DNA from: Candidatus Bathyarchaeota archaeon
Lineage (GTDB): Archaea; Thermoproteota; Bathyarchaeia; 40CM-2-53-6; DTGE01
Direction: 5' to 3'
Length of the DNA stretch: 64,000 nucleotides
Assembly (NCBI GenBank): GCA_018396725.1
Contig: JAGTRC010000005.1
Location: 15,149 to 79,148, forward strand
Shown: positions 38,056-48,348 of the stretch, in pieces
Layout: each line of letters starts with the position of its first letter
Position numbering within the stretch: the stretch's first letter is position 1
Made by a program: the position numbers and the translations under genes
Notes under the pieces: model-generated
Told to the model about the DNA's origin: nothing
What the model saw: the letters and a program-made list of their open reading frames with translations, nothing else
The model's database searches: none

Positions 38056-39393
38056 CTAGGGGAAAGTTAGGGCCCCAGGCTTGAAGAGAATTATTAAGCC
38101 TAACGCGGACATGAGGATCCCGCCGATGAGCTTGGCCATCCTGCCGTACCGGATGCTAGGCCTCAGGGCCTTCAAGGTGACGGCGAACACGATCAGCAAC
38201 GCGAGCTCGTCGAGCATGTAGAATAGGACGTATACTCCGAGGTAGGCGTGATGGATCATCGACGGTAAAGCCTGCGCCGATAGGATCCTCGTGTAAGCGG
38301 CGGGTAGACCCGCGGTGCACAACAGCTCGACCATGTTAACCATGAACGCCAGGGATGCCACCCCTGAGACCAGGAGGGGCGTTGAGCCCTCCCGGCTTAT
38401 GAGCCTCCTCATCCCCTGGTATATCCTGGGCTTGATGGATGCGGGTATGGTGAGGGAGACGCCTCTGAACGAGGTGATGAAGTCCTTCACGCCCAGGATC
38501 CCCATGCCCACCACCGCCGACCCCAATATGACCCTGGAGGCCTCGCTGTATCTGAGGATCTGGTTGAAGGTCAGCCATGCCTCTAGGAACATCAGATAGA
38601 CGAGGGCTGAGGACGCTATGAAGACTCCCCCCACAAGGACCATGCGCCTCCTCGAGGCGTGGAGGAGGAGGCTTAAGAGGAGGCAGAAAACCCATATGGA
38701 GCAGGGGTTGAACCCGTCGATGAGCCCTATGGAGACCGTGAAGAGGAGGAGCCCCCGGGAGGTCCAAGCCTCCCCACTCGTTGATGGAGCCTCCGCTGAA
38801 GTGGAGGTCCCAATCGAGCAAGCCTCATACGTGTACTCGCATCCACACCTGTATCTACTACTCGTCGTGTAATTCCTAGTTGTTTCGGTTGGCTCGACGG
38901 GCTTAGTGGAGGTCGTGGTTGTGAGTGTCTGCTTCAACTTTATGATGGGGTCTGGACATCCCTCCGATATGCACAGCCTCACCAGCTCCTCTATCCGTTT
39001 ACCGGTGGTTTCATCGCTCCTGTAGCCGATTATGAAGTCTTCCCCTATGAAGAGGGTTGGGACGCCTGGGACATCGGTAAGCCCGTAGGCTTTGCACATC
39101 TCCTCGAACAACGTCAGGTTGGTCTGGTTATGCCAAACCTCATATGTTTTAACCTCTAAACCTGGGTATTTATCTTGGAGCCCGTTAAGGAACTTAACCT
39201 CCTCATCGCAGAGGCCGCATCCCTCCCCCCAGAAGAGATAAACCGAAACCTTCCGTTGAACGGTTGAGGAGCCGCCTTCAGGGATGGAGAGGGGTGCTGC
39301 AGCCTCGGAGCCTATGAAGGCTGCCGAGATGAGAAGGATAAATGCTAGAGATGCCGCGTGGAGCCGGGTGGAACCCACCTTAGACACGACCAC
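38056..39393 (-). CDS. thioredoxin-domain / cytochrome c biogenesis (CcdA/DsbD-like) membrane protein fusion
   Basis: Signal/anchor, CxxC thioredoxin motif (WGEGCGLCDEE), Thr-rich linker, then multi-TM DsbD/CcdA-like core containing conserved Cys (FNPCSIWVF; LLCTAGLPAAY). Confidence 0.7.
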   Translation of the reverse strand: MVVSKVGSTRLHAASLAFILLISAAFIGSEAAAPLSIPEGGSSTVQRKVSVYLFWGEGCGLCDEEVKFLNGLQDKYPGLEVKTYEVWHNQTNLTLFEEMCKAYGLTDVPGVPTLFIGEDFIIGYRSDETTGKRIEELVRLCISEGCPDPIIKLKQTLTTTTSTKPVEPTETTRNYTTSSRYRCGCEYTYEACSIGTSTSAEAPSTSGEAWTSRGLLLFTVSIGLIDGFNPCSIWVFCLLLSLLLHASRRRMVLVGGVFIASSALVYLMFLEAWLTFNQILRYSEASRVILGSAVVGMGILGVKDFITSFRGVSLTIPASIKPRIYQGMRRLISREGSTPLLVSGVASLAFMVNMVELLCTAGLPAAYTRILSAQALPSMIHHAYLGVYVLFYMLDELALLIVFAVTLKALRPSIRYGRMAKLIGGILMSALGLIILFKPGALTFP

Positions 39394-39586
39394 AACTTAT
39401 ACGTAATCTCTATTTAAGGTTAGTCTTGGCCGATGTGGACCTGTCATGGTGATGTGAAGAAGGGTCTGTCCGGGCTCTTATAATCTAAGGCTTAAACCTT
39501 GAGGGTGCTTTGGGCCTTCAAGGTTTATCTACCCGGTGGGGTTTATGGGCGGGTCCGGCTGGTCTGAGCCGGGATGGTTCATCCAG

Positions 39587-41002
39587 TCAGGGTTTCTCCA
39601 CCGTCTGCGGGATCTCCTCGGCGGCGCGTCTCCTCATGCGCTGCGCTATCTCCCTGGCGGCTATGACCCCGGATACGGAGGATTGGATCAGGCCCCTGGT
39701 GACGCCTGCCCCGTCGCCTGCAGCGAACAGGTTCCTTATCCTGGTCTCAAGGTTCTCGTTTAACTCCAGCCTTGAAGAGTAGAACTTGACTTCAACCCCG
39801 TAAAGCAGGGTCTGTTTAGCGTATAGGCCGGGGGCGACTTTATCCATGGCTTGGAGCATCTCCCTCACGTCTGAGAGATACCTGTAGGGGAGCACGAAGC
39901 TTAGGTCTCCGGGGGTTGCGGTGGCCAGGGTTGGAGTCACCACGTTGCGCCTTATCCGCTCCTCCGTGGAGCGCCTCCCGACCTCCAGATCTCCCAGGCG
40001 TTGGACGATTATGCCCCCGCCTAGGAGGTTTGCGAGCCTCGCGATGTATTTGCCGTAGGCTATGGGCTCCTTGAACGGCTCCGTGAAGGAGGTGCTCACC
40101 AGGATGGCGAAGTTCGTGTTATCGGTCCTCTTCTCGGCGTAGCTTTGGCCGTTGACTGTTAGGACGCCGTTGTAGGATTCGGTTATGACCTCACCGCCGG
40201 GGTTCACGCAGAAGACCCTCACCTTATCATCGAAGGCCTTGGAGAAATATATGAATTTGGGCTCGTAGAGCACCTCCACGAGCTCCTCCATCACCGAGGC
40301 TGCAACCTCAACCCGGACCCCCAGGTCCACAGGGTTGTTCACGGTCTTCAACTTTAGAGTTTGAGCCAGGGATTTCAGCCATTCAGCCCCCACCCTCCCC
40401 GGCGCTAAGATCACATAGCTGCTCTCTACGACCTCGCCATCCTCTAAAACCACGCCTCTAGCTGAGCCCTCCTTCACCAGTACGTCCCTAGCCCTCGTCT
40501 TGAGGCGTATATCGATGTGCCTCCTCAGCTCCCCCTCCATGCTGCTCAGTATCTCAGGGCATTTATCGGTCCCCAGATGCCTTATCTTCTCAGGGATGAG
40601 TTTAAGCCCCACCGACAAGGCCTTCCTACGTATCTCATCGACCCTGTCTACGTCGGTTCCGTAGAGGCGTTGAGGAGCCCCGAACCTAAGATATATTCCA
40701 TCCACGTAGTCTATAAGCTGGGACAGGTAGTCTCCGCCTATATACTCGTTGAGCCACCCCCCCACCTCGGTCGACAGGGTTAGTTTCCCGTCGCTGAAGG
40801 CTCCCGCGCCGCCCCACCCTGAGAGCAGGTAGCAGGGATCACATCCCACGCAGCCTACACCCCTGCTGGCGGGGCACGTCCTCCCATCTATCTCGGGGCC
40901 CATATCGAGCATTAAGACGTCTTCCACGCCGTTTCTAACCAGCTCCAAGGCTGCGAATATTCCGGCTGGCCCCGCCCCCACTATTACGACGTCGTACCCC
41001 AA
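39587..41002 (-). CDS. FAD-dependent oxidoreductase (COG2509-like)
   Basis: N-terminal Rossmann dinucleotide motif VVIVGAGPAGIFAA, Cys cluster CPASRGVGCVGCDPC, C-terminal FAAGDGAG. Confidence 0.75.
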   Translation of the reverse strand: MGYDVVIVGAGPAGIFAALELVRNGVEDVLMLDMGPEIDGRTCPASRGVGCVGCDPCYLLSGWGGAGAFSDGKLTLSTEVGGWLNEYIGGDYLSQLIDYVDGIYLRFGAPQRLYGTDVDRVDEIRRKALSVGLKLIPEKIRHLGTDKCPEILSSMEGELRRHIDIRLKTRARDVLVKEGSARGVVLEDGEVVESSYVILAPGRVGAEWLKSLAQTLKLKTVNNPVDLGVRVEVAASVMEELVEVLYEPKFIYFSKAFDDKVRVFCVNPGGEVITESYNGVLTVNGQSYAEKRTDNTNFAILVSTSFTEPFKEPIAYGKYIARLANLLGGGIIVQRLGDLEVGRRSTEERIRRNVVTPTLATATPGDLSFVLPYRYLSDVREMLQAMDKVAPGLYAKQTLLYGVEVKFYSSRLELNENLETRIRNLFAAGDGAGVTRGLIQSSVSGVIAAREIAQRMRRRAAEEIPQTVEKP

Positions 41003-41236
41003 CTCTCACCTACATCCGAGAGAAGCCTCTGCGAATCCCCATAAAAAATTATCGGAGCACATGGACGATTGCCTCCACATCCACGTCCACTCCACATTAT
41101 AAACTGTTCATGTAACATTTAATTTTGTTTTGTGGAGTATATAATGTGGAGGAACTTATGCTCCGGGCGCAACCTAAAATAAGGGGGAAGTATTATATTC
41201 AAAGCGTATTAATGGGTTGTAGGGGTAGTCTGGTTA

Positions 41237-42001
41237 ATGTCCGGATCTCTAGATGTGGATGGGGAGCTGAGGATAGTTGAGGTTAGGCCGTTGGATGGCC
41301 TGAGGACCTGCATAATAGGGTTGCCTGATGTGGGTCTAGTAGGTTTAATTACAGCTAATCACCTGATAAACTCTTTGGGGCTGGACGAGGTCGGCTACTT
41401 GGAGTCCAAGCTTTTACCCCCCGTCATAGTGGTTCATAACGGGGAGCCGAAGCATCCGGTGAGGTTCTTCGCCCAGGGAGGCTTGGTGATCCTGACATCT
41501 GAGATCCCTATCCCAGCCTCCATACTGAACTTATTGGCGGATGGGCTCTTGGACTGGGCTTCGGCTAAGGGCTTCGAACTCCTGGTATCGGTGAGCGGGA
41601 TAGCCGTCCCGAACAGGCTTGAGATAGATACCCCGGAGGTTTACGGGGTGGCTTCCAGCGAGAAGGCTAGGAGAATCCTGGAGGACTCGAAGATACCCCT
41701 ACTTGAGGAGGGCTTCATGGTAGGCCCCCACGCAGCCATCTTGCGGGAATCCCTTAGAAGGAAGGTGGACAGCCTGATCCTGCTGGCTCAATCGCATTAC
41801 CAGTATCCGGATCCCGGGGCCGCAGCCTCCGTAGTCAACACCCTCAACAAGTTTCTAGGCTTGAACGTGGACGTGAAGACCCTCCTGGAGCAGGCTGAGG
41901 AGATCCGCCTTAAAACCAGGGAGATAATGCAGCGCACCTATAAGGCTATGCAGAGGATGCAGAAGATGCAGGAGCAGGAGCTCCCCCCGATGTACGTCTA
42001 G
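41237..42001 (+). CDS. PAC2-family protein (proteasome assembly chaperone-like)
   Basis: IIGLPDVGLVGLITANHL is the PAC2 signature. Confidence 0.65.
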   Translation: MSGSLDVDGELRIVEVRPLDGLRTCIIGLPDVGLVGLITANHLINSLGLDEVGYLESKLLPPVIVVHNGEPKHPVRFFAQGGLVILTSEIPIPASILNLLADGLLDWASAKGFELLVSVSGIAVPNRLEIDTPEVYGVASSEKARRILEDSKIPLLEEGFMVGPHAAILRESLRRKVDSLILLAQSHYQYPDPGAAASVVNTLNKFLGLNVDVKTLLEQAEEIRLKTREIMQRTYKAMQRMQKMQEQELPPMYV

Positions 42002-42040
42002 GAGGGGATCCCCCGCCTAACCCTGGAGGAGGATACCGGC

Positions 42041-42469
42041 TTGTGGCGTAGGAGGAGGATAATGGACGAGATAGAGGCCTTGGAGAGGGAGATAGACAGG
42101 ATGTTCGAGGAGGTCCTCTACGGGAAGCCCATGTGGGATCCAACCATGGGATGCTTCGAGCCCTTAACCTACCTGGATGAGCTCGAGGACAAGATAATAG
42201 TAACGGTGGACCTCCCCTACGTTAGGAAGGAGGATATAACCCTGGACGTGACCCCGGACTCCCTCAGGATAGAGGCTAAAATGGATCGTCCAGTAAGATA
42301 TGATCGATGGGGTACCGTGCAGAGGAGGTGCGAATTCAGAGGGTTCAAGAAGGAGGTGAAGCTTCCAGGCGAGGTGGTCCCCGAGGCCTCCAAGGCCAGG
42401 TTCAAGGATGGATACCTGATAATCGAGTTGCCGAAGAAGGCTACGAGACATAAGATAGAGGTGGAGTAG
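42041..42469 (+). CDS. small heat shock protein (Hsp20/alpha-crystallin)
   Basis: Alpha-crystallin domain (DKIIVTVDLPYVRKEDITLDV..., GYLIIELPKK). Confidence 0.85.
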   Translation: MWRRRRIMDEIEALEREIDRMFEEVLYGKPMWDPTMGCFEPLTYLDELEDKIIVTVDLPYVRKEDITLDVTPDSLRIEAKMDRPVRYDRWGTVQRRCEFRGFKKEVKLPGEVVPEASKARFKDGYLIIELPKKATRHKIEVE

Positions 42470-42531
42470 CCGCCTATCCATCTAGAGGGTTTAAAAGACC
42501 CGCCTCAGCCCCCAATGGGGGATCGGCCGCC

Positions 42532-43137
42532 TTGAACGACATCCCATCGGACCTCCTTAAAGCATTTGTAGCATTGATCGTCATCGTGGATCCCCTGGGT
42601 AACATACCCATCTTCTCCTCCCTCACAGCGGGGATGGACGGCAAGGTGAGGAGGAGGACCTTCAACACCGCCACTGTGGTGGGCTTCGCCCTCCTCCTGA
42701 TCTTCACCCTGCTCGGGGACCAGCTCCTCAAGCTCTTCGGGATATCCATGGAGAGCTTCATGGTCGCCGGGGGTTTACTCCTAGCCATAATATCCATTAA
42801 GATACTCATCCAGGGGGGATGGGAGGAGAGGCAGGTCTCCCCTGAAGACGTGGGGGCGGTTCCCATAGCCTTCCCGCTCCTCGTGGGCCCGGGGGCCATA
42901 ACCACCACTATGCTGATACTTAAATCCTCAGGGTTAGCCGTGGCGGTCTCAGCGGTCTCCCTGGTTTTCGCCACCGTATGGCTCATACTGAGGTTCATAG
43001 ACCCCATATATAACCTGCTGGGGAAGACCGGATCCGCCGTGGTGGCGAGGGTGATGGCCGTCTTCATAGCGGCTATAGCCGTCCAGTTCATATTTGAAGG
43101 CTTCAATTTACTCCTAGGATCCTGGGGGCTGGGCTGA
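42532..43137 (+). CDS. MarC-family (UPF0056) integral membrane protein
   Basis: LLKAFVALIVIVDPLGNIPIF N-terminal signature and six TM segments. Confidence 0.8.
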   Translation: MNDIPSDLLKAFVALIVIVDPLGNIPIFSSLTAGMDGKVRRRTFNTATVVGFALLLIFTLLGDQLLKLFGISMESFMVAGGLLLAIISIKILIQGGWEERQVSPEDVGAVPIAFPLLVGPGAITTTMLILKSSGLAVAVSAVSLVFATVWLILRFIDPIYNLLGKTGSAVVARVMAVFIAAIAVQFIFEGFNLLLGSWGLG

Positions 43138-43141
43138 ACCA

Positions 43142-44392
43142 TTGATGCGAGAGAATGGAAGGATAGCCTTCACGGTAATCCTAATCCTATCGGCCGTGAC
43201 GGGGATCCGCGTCCCCGCAGCCCTTACAGGCTCCCCCAGAGGAGGATCCGATCCAACCCCCCAGGGCGTGAAGCTGCTGTGGATGAGCAGTACCGTAGGA
43301 GGGGTCAGGGAGGTCCTCATAACCAGTGGAGGAGAATACGTGACGGCTGGGGGTAAGGGCTTCGTAAAGAGGATGGAAGCTGGCACAGGGAAAGAGACTT
43401 GGAGCATAGAGAGGCCCCTCCAGGTGGATTCCATGGCTGAGGCGGGGGATGGATCCATCGTATTAGCGGGGTTGGAGCAGGCGCGCCTCTGGGCGATCAA
43501 GGGCGATGGATCCATATGCTGGGAGCTCTCCACGGAGGGGCCTGTACTAGCCCTGGACCTTACCGGTAGGGGGGATAAAGCGGTTTTCGGAACCTTCTTC
43601 GGAACCCTGTATTTCGCGTATCCGATGAGGCGGGAGGTTGAGGCGATCCATAGGCGGGAGGGAGCCGCCGTGATCAGGGCAGCCCTGTCAGCCGACGGCG
43701 ACACGGCCGCAATAGGATACTCGGATGACGCTGTCGAGGGGTTCAAATGGGGGGATCCTGAGCCCATATGGCATGTTAGGGTTGAGGGGCACCCTAAGGT
43801 CTTAGCCTTTTCCCCCGAGGGGGATAGGCTAATCCTCGGGACGGACAACGGGAGGCTCTACGCCCTCGACCCACGGAACGGTGAAACCCTATGGGTCTTC
43901 GAGGCGGCCGATGCTATAAGCTGCGTGGAGTTCCTGGAGGAGGACTCCATGGCCGTTGGAAGCCACGACGGATACGTCTACCTGATCAACTTGGAGGACG
44001 GCTCCAATCCATGGAGGTATAAGGTTGAGGGAGCCGTTAAGTCCATGGCCTACATCAGGAATGGATCGATCCTCTGCATAGGGGGTACGGATAGAAGGTT
44101 CAGGGCCTTAGACTTGGATGCGGGGATGGAGCTGGGCTCCGTGAAGGCGGGATACTGGGTAACCTCCATCTCCGCCTCGGAGAACGGGATCGCAGCCTTC
44201 GGGGCGGGGAAAACCCTGTACACGGTCAGGATCACCGTTGAAGGGGGAGGGGAGCATCCATCCCCCGGGGGCGGCGAGCTCTCCCAGCCCCGGAAAAACC
44301 TCGTATACGGCGCATCCATTATCCTGCCGGCCTTGGGGGCGGCGGGGTACCTCCTCGTGAAGCATAGAAGGGATAAAAAAAGGGTCGTCTAA
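43142..44392 (+). CDS. secreted PQQ-like beta-propeller repeat protein with C-terminal membrane anchor
   Basis: N-terminal signal peptide, repeated G-x-LYALD/WxF blocks, C-terminal TM plus KHRRDKKR tail. Confidence 0.6.
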   Translation: MMRENGRIAFTVILILSAVTGIRVPAALTGSPRGGSDPTPQGVKLLWMSSTVGGVREVLITSGGEYVTAGGKGFVKRMEAGTGKETWSIERPLQVDSMAEAGDGSIVLAGLEQARLWAIKGDGSICWELSTEGPVLALDLTGRGDKAVFGTFFGTLYFAYPMRREVEAIHRREGAAVIRAALSADGDTAAIGYSDDAVEGFKWGDPEPIWHVRVEGHPKVLAFSPEGDRLILGTDNGRLYALDPRNGETLWVFEAADAISCVEFLEEDSMAVGSHDGYVYLINLEDGSNPWRYKVEGAVKSMAYIRNGSILCIGGTDRRFRALDLDAGMELGSVKAGYWVTSISASENGIAAFGAGKTLYTVRITVEGGGEHPSPGGGELSQPRKNLVYGASIILPALGAAGYLLVKHRRDKKRVV

Positions 44393-44395
44393 GCC

Positions 44396-44800
44396 TTGAC
44401 GCTGATAATTAGGAAGAGGCATTTCGACGTAATCGTAGAGCATTCCCTGGAGGAGTATCCCCTGGAGGCATGCGGCATACTATTAGGCGATTTGAGGGGG
44501 TCCGTCAGATCGGTGAGGAGGGTCTTCAAGGCCCGTAACATACTAGGTTCCCCATCCCGGTACGAGATAGACCCTGAAGACCAGCTGGCCGCCTTCTCCC
44601 TAGCCGACAAGGAATCCATGGCGGTCGTAGGGTTCTATCATAGCCATCCATACTGGGATCCTGAGCCCTCCAGCTTAGATTCGGCCATGGCATTCTACAG
44701 GGATTCATCCTACGTCATATACTCCATGCCCACGAGGTCCATAGCCTCCTTCATTTGGGATGGGAGCAAGTTCATACCTGAAGAGGTTAAGATAATCTGA
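44396..44800 (+). CDS. JAMM/MPN+ metalloprotease (JAB1/Mov34-family)
   Basis: EACGILLG and HSHPYWDPEPSSLD (the HxHx7Sx2D JAMM motif). Confidence 0.8.
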   Translation: MTLIIRKRHFDVIVEHSLEEYPLEACGILLGDLRGSVRSVRRVFKARNILGSPSRYEIDPEDQLAAFSLADKESMAVVGFYHSHPYWDPEPSSLDSAMAFYRDSSYVIYSMPTRSIASFIWDGSKFIPEEVKII

Positions 44801-45003
44801 TCCTGAGTTACCATATACGTGAATAAATCGGTGAGGGGGCGTTCCCAGGCTCGGGGTTCCCCTCGATCCAAACCCGCAATGAATCAAAGCGGAGCATCGG
44901 CTCCTAAGGGGTTGAATGAGGGTTCTCGCGCTTAGATGCGATCATCGAGGAACTGGTTGAAGCCCCGGATCCGAGACGGGGTCTCCGGATCGGGATGAAC
45001 CGC

Positions 45004-45924
45004 CTACTTGGATCTTGAAGCTATGAGAACCCCGAGGGAGACCAGCGCCGCCCCCATTATGAAGCTTGGGGAGAACACCTTCTCCCCTAGAACTATGGAG
45101 GAGAGGATGGATGCGACGACGGGCTTAAGGAAGAACATCATAGTACCCTTAGATACTTCTATCCTGGATAAACCCCAGAAGTATAGGATGTAGGCTGCAC
45201 CGTTCGTGGCCACTCCTAAATATATGAGGTATCCTATCGTGTCCAGGCCGAGGTTTACAGGGTTCCTCGAGTAGTCCAATGCGGAGATTGGTGCGAGGAA
45301 GAGGAGCCCGAAGGCGAACGTCGAGCATAGATAATTCAATTGATTCTTTAACGCGCCCCTGCGGCCGCTTCCTTCAGAGGTCCATGAGATGCCCCATACC
45401 AGGTATACGCACCATAGGATCAAGGGTATGGCCATTAGGAGGTCGCCGTGGACGGTGCCTGAACCTAGGAAGCCGGGGTCGAACCCGGTGACCACGGCTG
45501 CCACGCCCGCTAGGCCGGTTAAAGCCCCGAGGACCTTGGACGGCGTCAAGTCTTCGCGGAGGACCATCACGGCTAAGACGGAGGATACCACCGGGTTCAC
45601 GGAGAATATCAGGGCTGCATGGGAGGCTGAGGTCCAGGTTATCGCCAGGAAATACAGGTTTAAGCCCGCCACGTTCCAGGTTAATGCCATCAAGAGGATC
45701 CTGGAGAGGTTCCTCTCCACGAACTCCCTTAAGCCGCCTCCGAGGATCGAGACCATGAGGAATAGGAAGGCGCTGCCTAGAAGGGTTCTGAGGAAGTTTA
45801 TCTGGTACGGCGTGATATCCTCCTGGACGAGCTTCGTGGCGACCTCCACGGTGGCCATTATCGAGATGCCGGCGACCGTGGATATGTAACCCGTCAGGGG
45901 GCTGCTCCTCAGGTTCAACCACAA
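45004..45924 (-). CDS. EamA/DMT-superfamily transporter
   Basis: Ten TM segments, two EamA repeats. Confidence 0.8.
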   Translation of the reverse strand: MWLNLRSSPLTGYISTVAGISIMATVEVATKLVQEDITPYQINFLRTLLGSAFLFLMVSILGGGLREFVERNLSRILLMALTWNVAGLNLYFLAITWTSASHAALIFSVNPVVSSVLAVMVLREDLTPSKVLGALTGLAGVAAVVTGFDPGFLGSGTVHGDLLMAIPLILWCVYLVWGISWTSEGSGRRGALKNQLNYLCSTFAFGLLFLAPISALDYSRNPVNLGLDTIGYLIYLGVATNGAAYILYFWGLSRIEVSKGTMMFFLKPVVASILSSIVLGEKVFSPSFIMGAALVSLGVLIASRSK

Positions 45925-46440
45925 CTACCCTTCTAGGCCGTTCCCATCCCTAACCGCTTCATCTCCGGCGATCTCAACCCTGACCTCCACAGGCTTTAAT
46001 TTAAGCTTTGAGAAGATGCTGCGGATCGCCTCGATGAGCCCTTCCAAGGACGCCTTAGGGGCATGTATCAGATGGCCTTTGCATCCACAGTCTGAGGAGC
46101 CGAACCCCTCAACCGCGAGCCCAGCCCCTAATTCCTCGATGAGCATCCGGGCTAGCCTACATTCGGAGAGCTCAGCTGTAGACGCGTAGAGAGCAGCCTC
46201 AGCTTTAAACTTGGGGTTTAAGGTCAGATAATCGATGTGCCAGAAGGGCTTCTTATCCTTGGAGAGGTGCCTCCCCAGCCGGCCCTCAACCGATGAGGAA
46301 CCCCTCCCATAACCCTTACCCACGTACATGTAGAGGCCGGGATCCAGCCGATGGATCCCCAGACCCCCCACGGCCACATGAACCCCCTCGAGCAGCCTCA
46401 GCACGAGTATGTAGACGCCCCTCAACCCCGATGCATCCAT
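45925..46440 (-). CDS. GIY-YIG-superfamily protein (DUF123-like)
   Basis: GVYILVL...YVGKGYG and RLGRHLSKDKKPFWHIDYL fit the DUF123/GIY-YIG archaeal family. Confidence 0.5.
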   Translation of the reverse strand: MDASGLRGVYILVLRLLEGVHVAVGGLGIHRLDPGLYMYVGKGYGRGSSSVEGRLGRHLSKDKKPFWHIDYLTLNPKFKAEAALYASTAELSECRLARMLIEELGAGLAVEGFGSSDCGCKGHLIHAPKASLEGLIEAIRSIFSKLKLKPVEVRVEIAGDEAVRDGNGLEG

Positions 46441-46534
46441 AAACCCCTAAGGAGTGTAGAGGCTTAATTAAACTGCTATCCCATTTAAGATTGAAATAAT
46501 GGAGGTGGGGATGGCTTAGGCAGGTAAGGGGTGC

Positions 46535-47680
46535 ATGGTTCATGCAGGCGATCTCCTGGATCAGGGTTGGAGGGGGTTCCCTTTGAAGGCTTTGATCCTG
46601 GCGGGTGGTTATGGGACCAGGCTTAGACCGCTCAGCTGCAGGAAGCCCAAGCTTCTCTTCCCGATTCTGGGTAAGCCCATCTTGAAGTGGAACATGGAGG
46701 TTTTAGCGGAGATGGGCGTGTCGGAGGTGGTCCTAGCCTTAAACTATCTGGCGGACATCCTCACCGGGGAGATGGGTAGGAGCTACCATGGGATAAGAAT
46801 CAGGTACACGGTTGAGAGGACCCCCCTCGGCACGGGCGGCCCCATCAAGAGGGCGATGAGGATCCTAGGCGGCGAAGAAGTCTTCCTAGCCATGAACGGG
46901 GACGTGGTGTTCGACAGGAGCATGGGGGGCGTCTTGGAAGCCCACATGGGGAGCGGGGCCGTCGCCACCATAGCCCTCCGAGAGGTGGAGGACACCAGCA
47001 GGTTCGGCGTAGCCCTGGTGGATCGGGAGGGATGGATAAGGGGGTTCGTCGAGAAGCCTAAGCCTGGGACCGTCGACAGCAATCTTATAAACGCCGGCTT
47101 CTACGCCCTCTCAAGGGGCATCTTCAAGTACATACCTTCGGGCAGAAAGGTCTCAACCGAGAGGGAGGTTTTCCCGGTGTTGGCAAGGGAGAAAAGGCTC
47201 CGCGCCTTCATATATAGGGGCTACTGGAGCGACATAGGCGAGATAGAGGACTTCATAAGGGTGAACAGGAGGTTCTTGGAGGCCCTTCCAGGGGACGGCG
47301 TATCCATAGATGAGGGGGCATCCGTGGAGGGCGGGGTGGAGGTGAATCCGCCCGTGAAGATATGCAGGGCGGTTCACGTCGAGGACGGTGCATCCCTGGG
47401 GCCCTACACGGTCGTAGGGGAGGGATGCAGGATAGGCAGGGGCTCAAGGATCTCCAACTCGATACTCTTCGAAGGCTGCCGGATAGGCGAGCGGGCTTCA
47501 ATCGACGGGGGCGTATTGGGGGACAGGGTCTCGATAGGCGCTAAAGCGAAGATTATGAGCGGGACGGTGCTGGGTGAGGAAGTATCGATAATGGACGGGA
47601 TACGGATCATGGGAGGGACGTCCATATGCCCATACAAGGAGGTCAGGGACGACGTGCTCACGCCTGGGAAAGTTATGTGA
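46535..47680 (+). CDS. sugar-1-phosphate nucleotidylyltransferase with C-terminal left-handed beta-helix
   Basis: ALILAGGYGTRLRPLS...KPK signature. Hexapeptide repeats in the C-terminal third. The actual start may be an internal TTG/GTG. Confidence 0.8.
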   Translation: MVHAGDLLDQGWRGFPLKALILAGGYGTRLRPLSCRKPKLLFPILGKPILKWNMEVLAEMGVSEVVLALNYLADILTGEMGRSYHGIRIRYTVERTPLGTGGPIKRAMRILGGEEVFLAMNGDVVFDRSMGGVLEAHMGSGAVATIALREVEDTSRFGVALVDREGWIRGFVEKPKPGTVDSNLINAGFYALSRGIFKYIPSGRKVSTEREVFPVLAREKRLRAFIYRGYWSDIGEIEDFIRVNRRFLEALPGDGVSIDEGASVEGGVEVNPPVKICRAVHVEDGASLGPYTVVGEGCRIGRGSRISNSILFEGCRIGERASIDGGVLGDRVSIGAKAKIMSGTVLGEEVSIMDGIRIMGGTSICPYKEVRDDVLTPGKVM

Positions 47681-48108
47681 CCGGCGGGATCCAGATCTCA
47701 ATCTATTACCCTTCGCCCTATAGCTAAGGGTTCATCGAGGGTCACTAGGGTCGAAGGTGAAGAATCCCAGATTGGATGCTGCGCAGCCATGCCATGCTGA
47801 GCGGCAGCCAGACACCCCGTCCGCCCGGAAACCGCGCCTCGCAGCTGGAGCATGTCCATCCGGCCTACTTCCACTTATTTATATTTAGTTCGCTGCGTAT
47901 CGGATGCATCCCAGAGGTTCATTAATATTTATAAAAGATCATCTATCTGGAAGTTTGCTATTTGGAATTTGGAAGATCGACAACTCCCAAATAGAAGAAT
48001 ACAGGAAAGCTTGTTAGGCTTGAGGTTGAGCCTCGATTCGCGCTTAGCTCTATGGTAGAAGCTCAAACTTTATATTTATATTAAACATCTTGTATTTTAG
48101 GTGATTGT

Positions 48109-48348
48109 ATGTTTAAGCGTACAACCATACTCCTCGAACAAGATATTTACAAGAAGCTTATTGAGGAAAGCTTAAGAAAGTATGGAACTACAAGAGCAAT
48201 ATCAAAAGTCTTAAATGAATTGCTTAAAAATGCTCTTAAAGGTGAAGCGGAAGTTTTAAGCCTTCTCCTATCCGAGAAGATTGCGAGAACGACTGTTAAG
48301 GAGTTCGAAGAATTTCGCAGGGAACTATCTAGAAGGTTAGAGTCATGA
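48109..48348 (+). CDS. VapB-type antitoxin
   Basis: 79 aa (TTILLEQDIYKKLIEESLRKYG, RHH-like). The C-terminus EFEEFRRELSRRLES resembles the VapB at 61151-61384. Lies in an AT-rich island. Confidence 0.6.
   Translation: MFKRTTILLEQDIYKKLIEESLRKYGTTRAISKVLNELLKNALKGEAEVLSLLLSEKIARTTVKEFEEFRRELSRRLES

Noticed and set aside
47826-47842. 11-nt identity (cgcctcgcagc) between the island boundary and the tRNA-Pro 5' region, as a possible second att site
   Set aside because: Several 11-mer matches between a 130-nt query and 128 kb of sequence are expected by chance. It also matches the 5', intron-containing part of the tRNA rather than the 3' half covered by the integrase frame.
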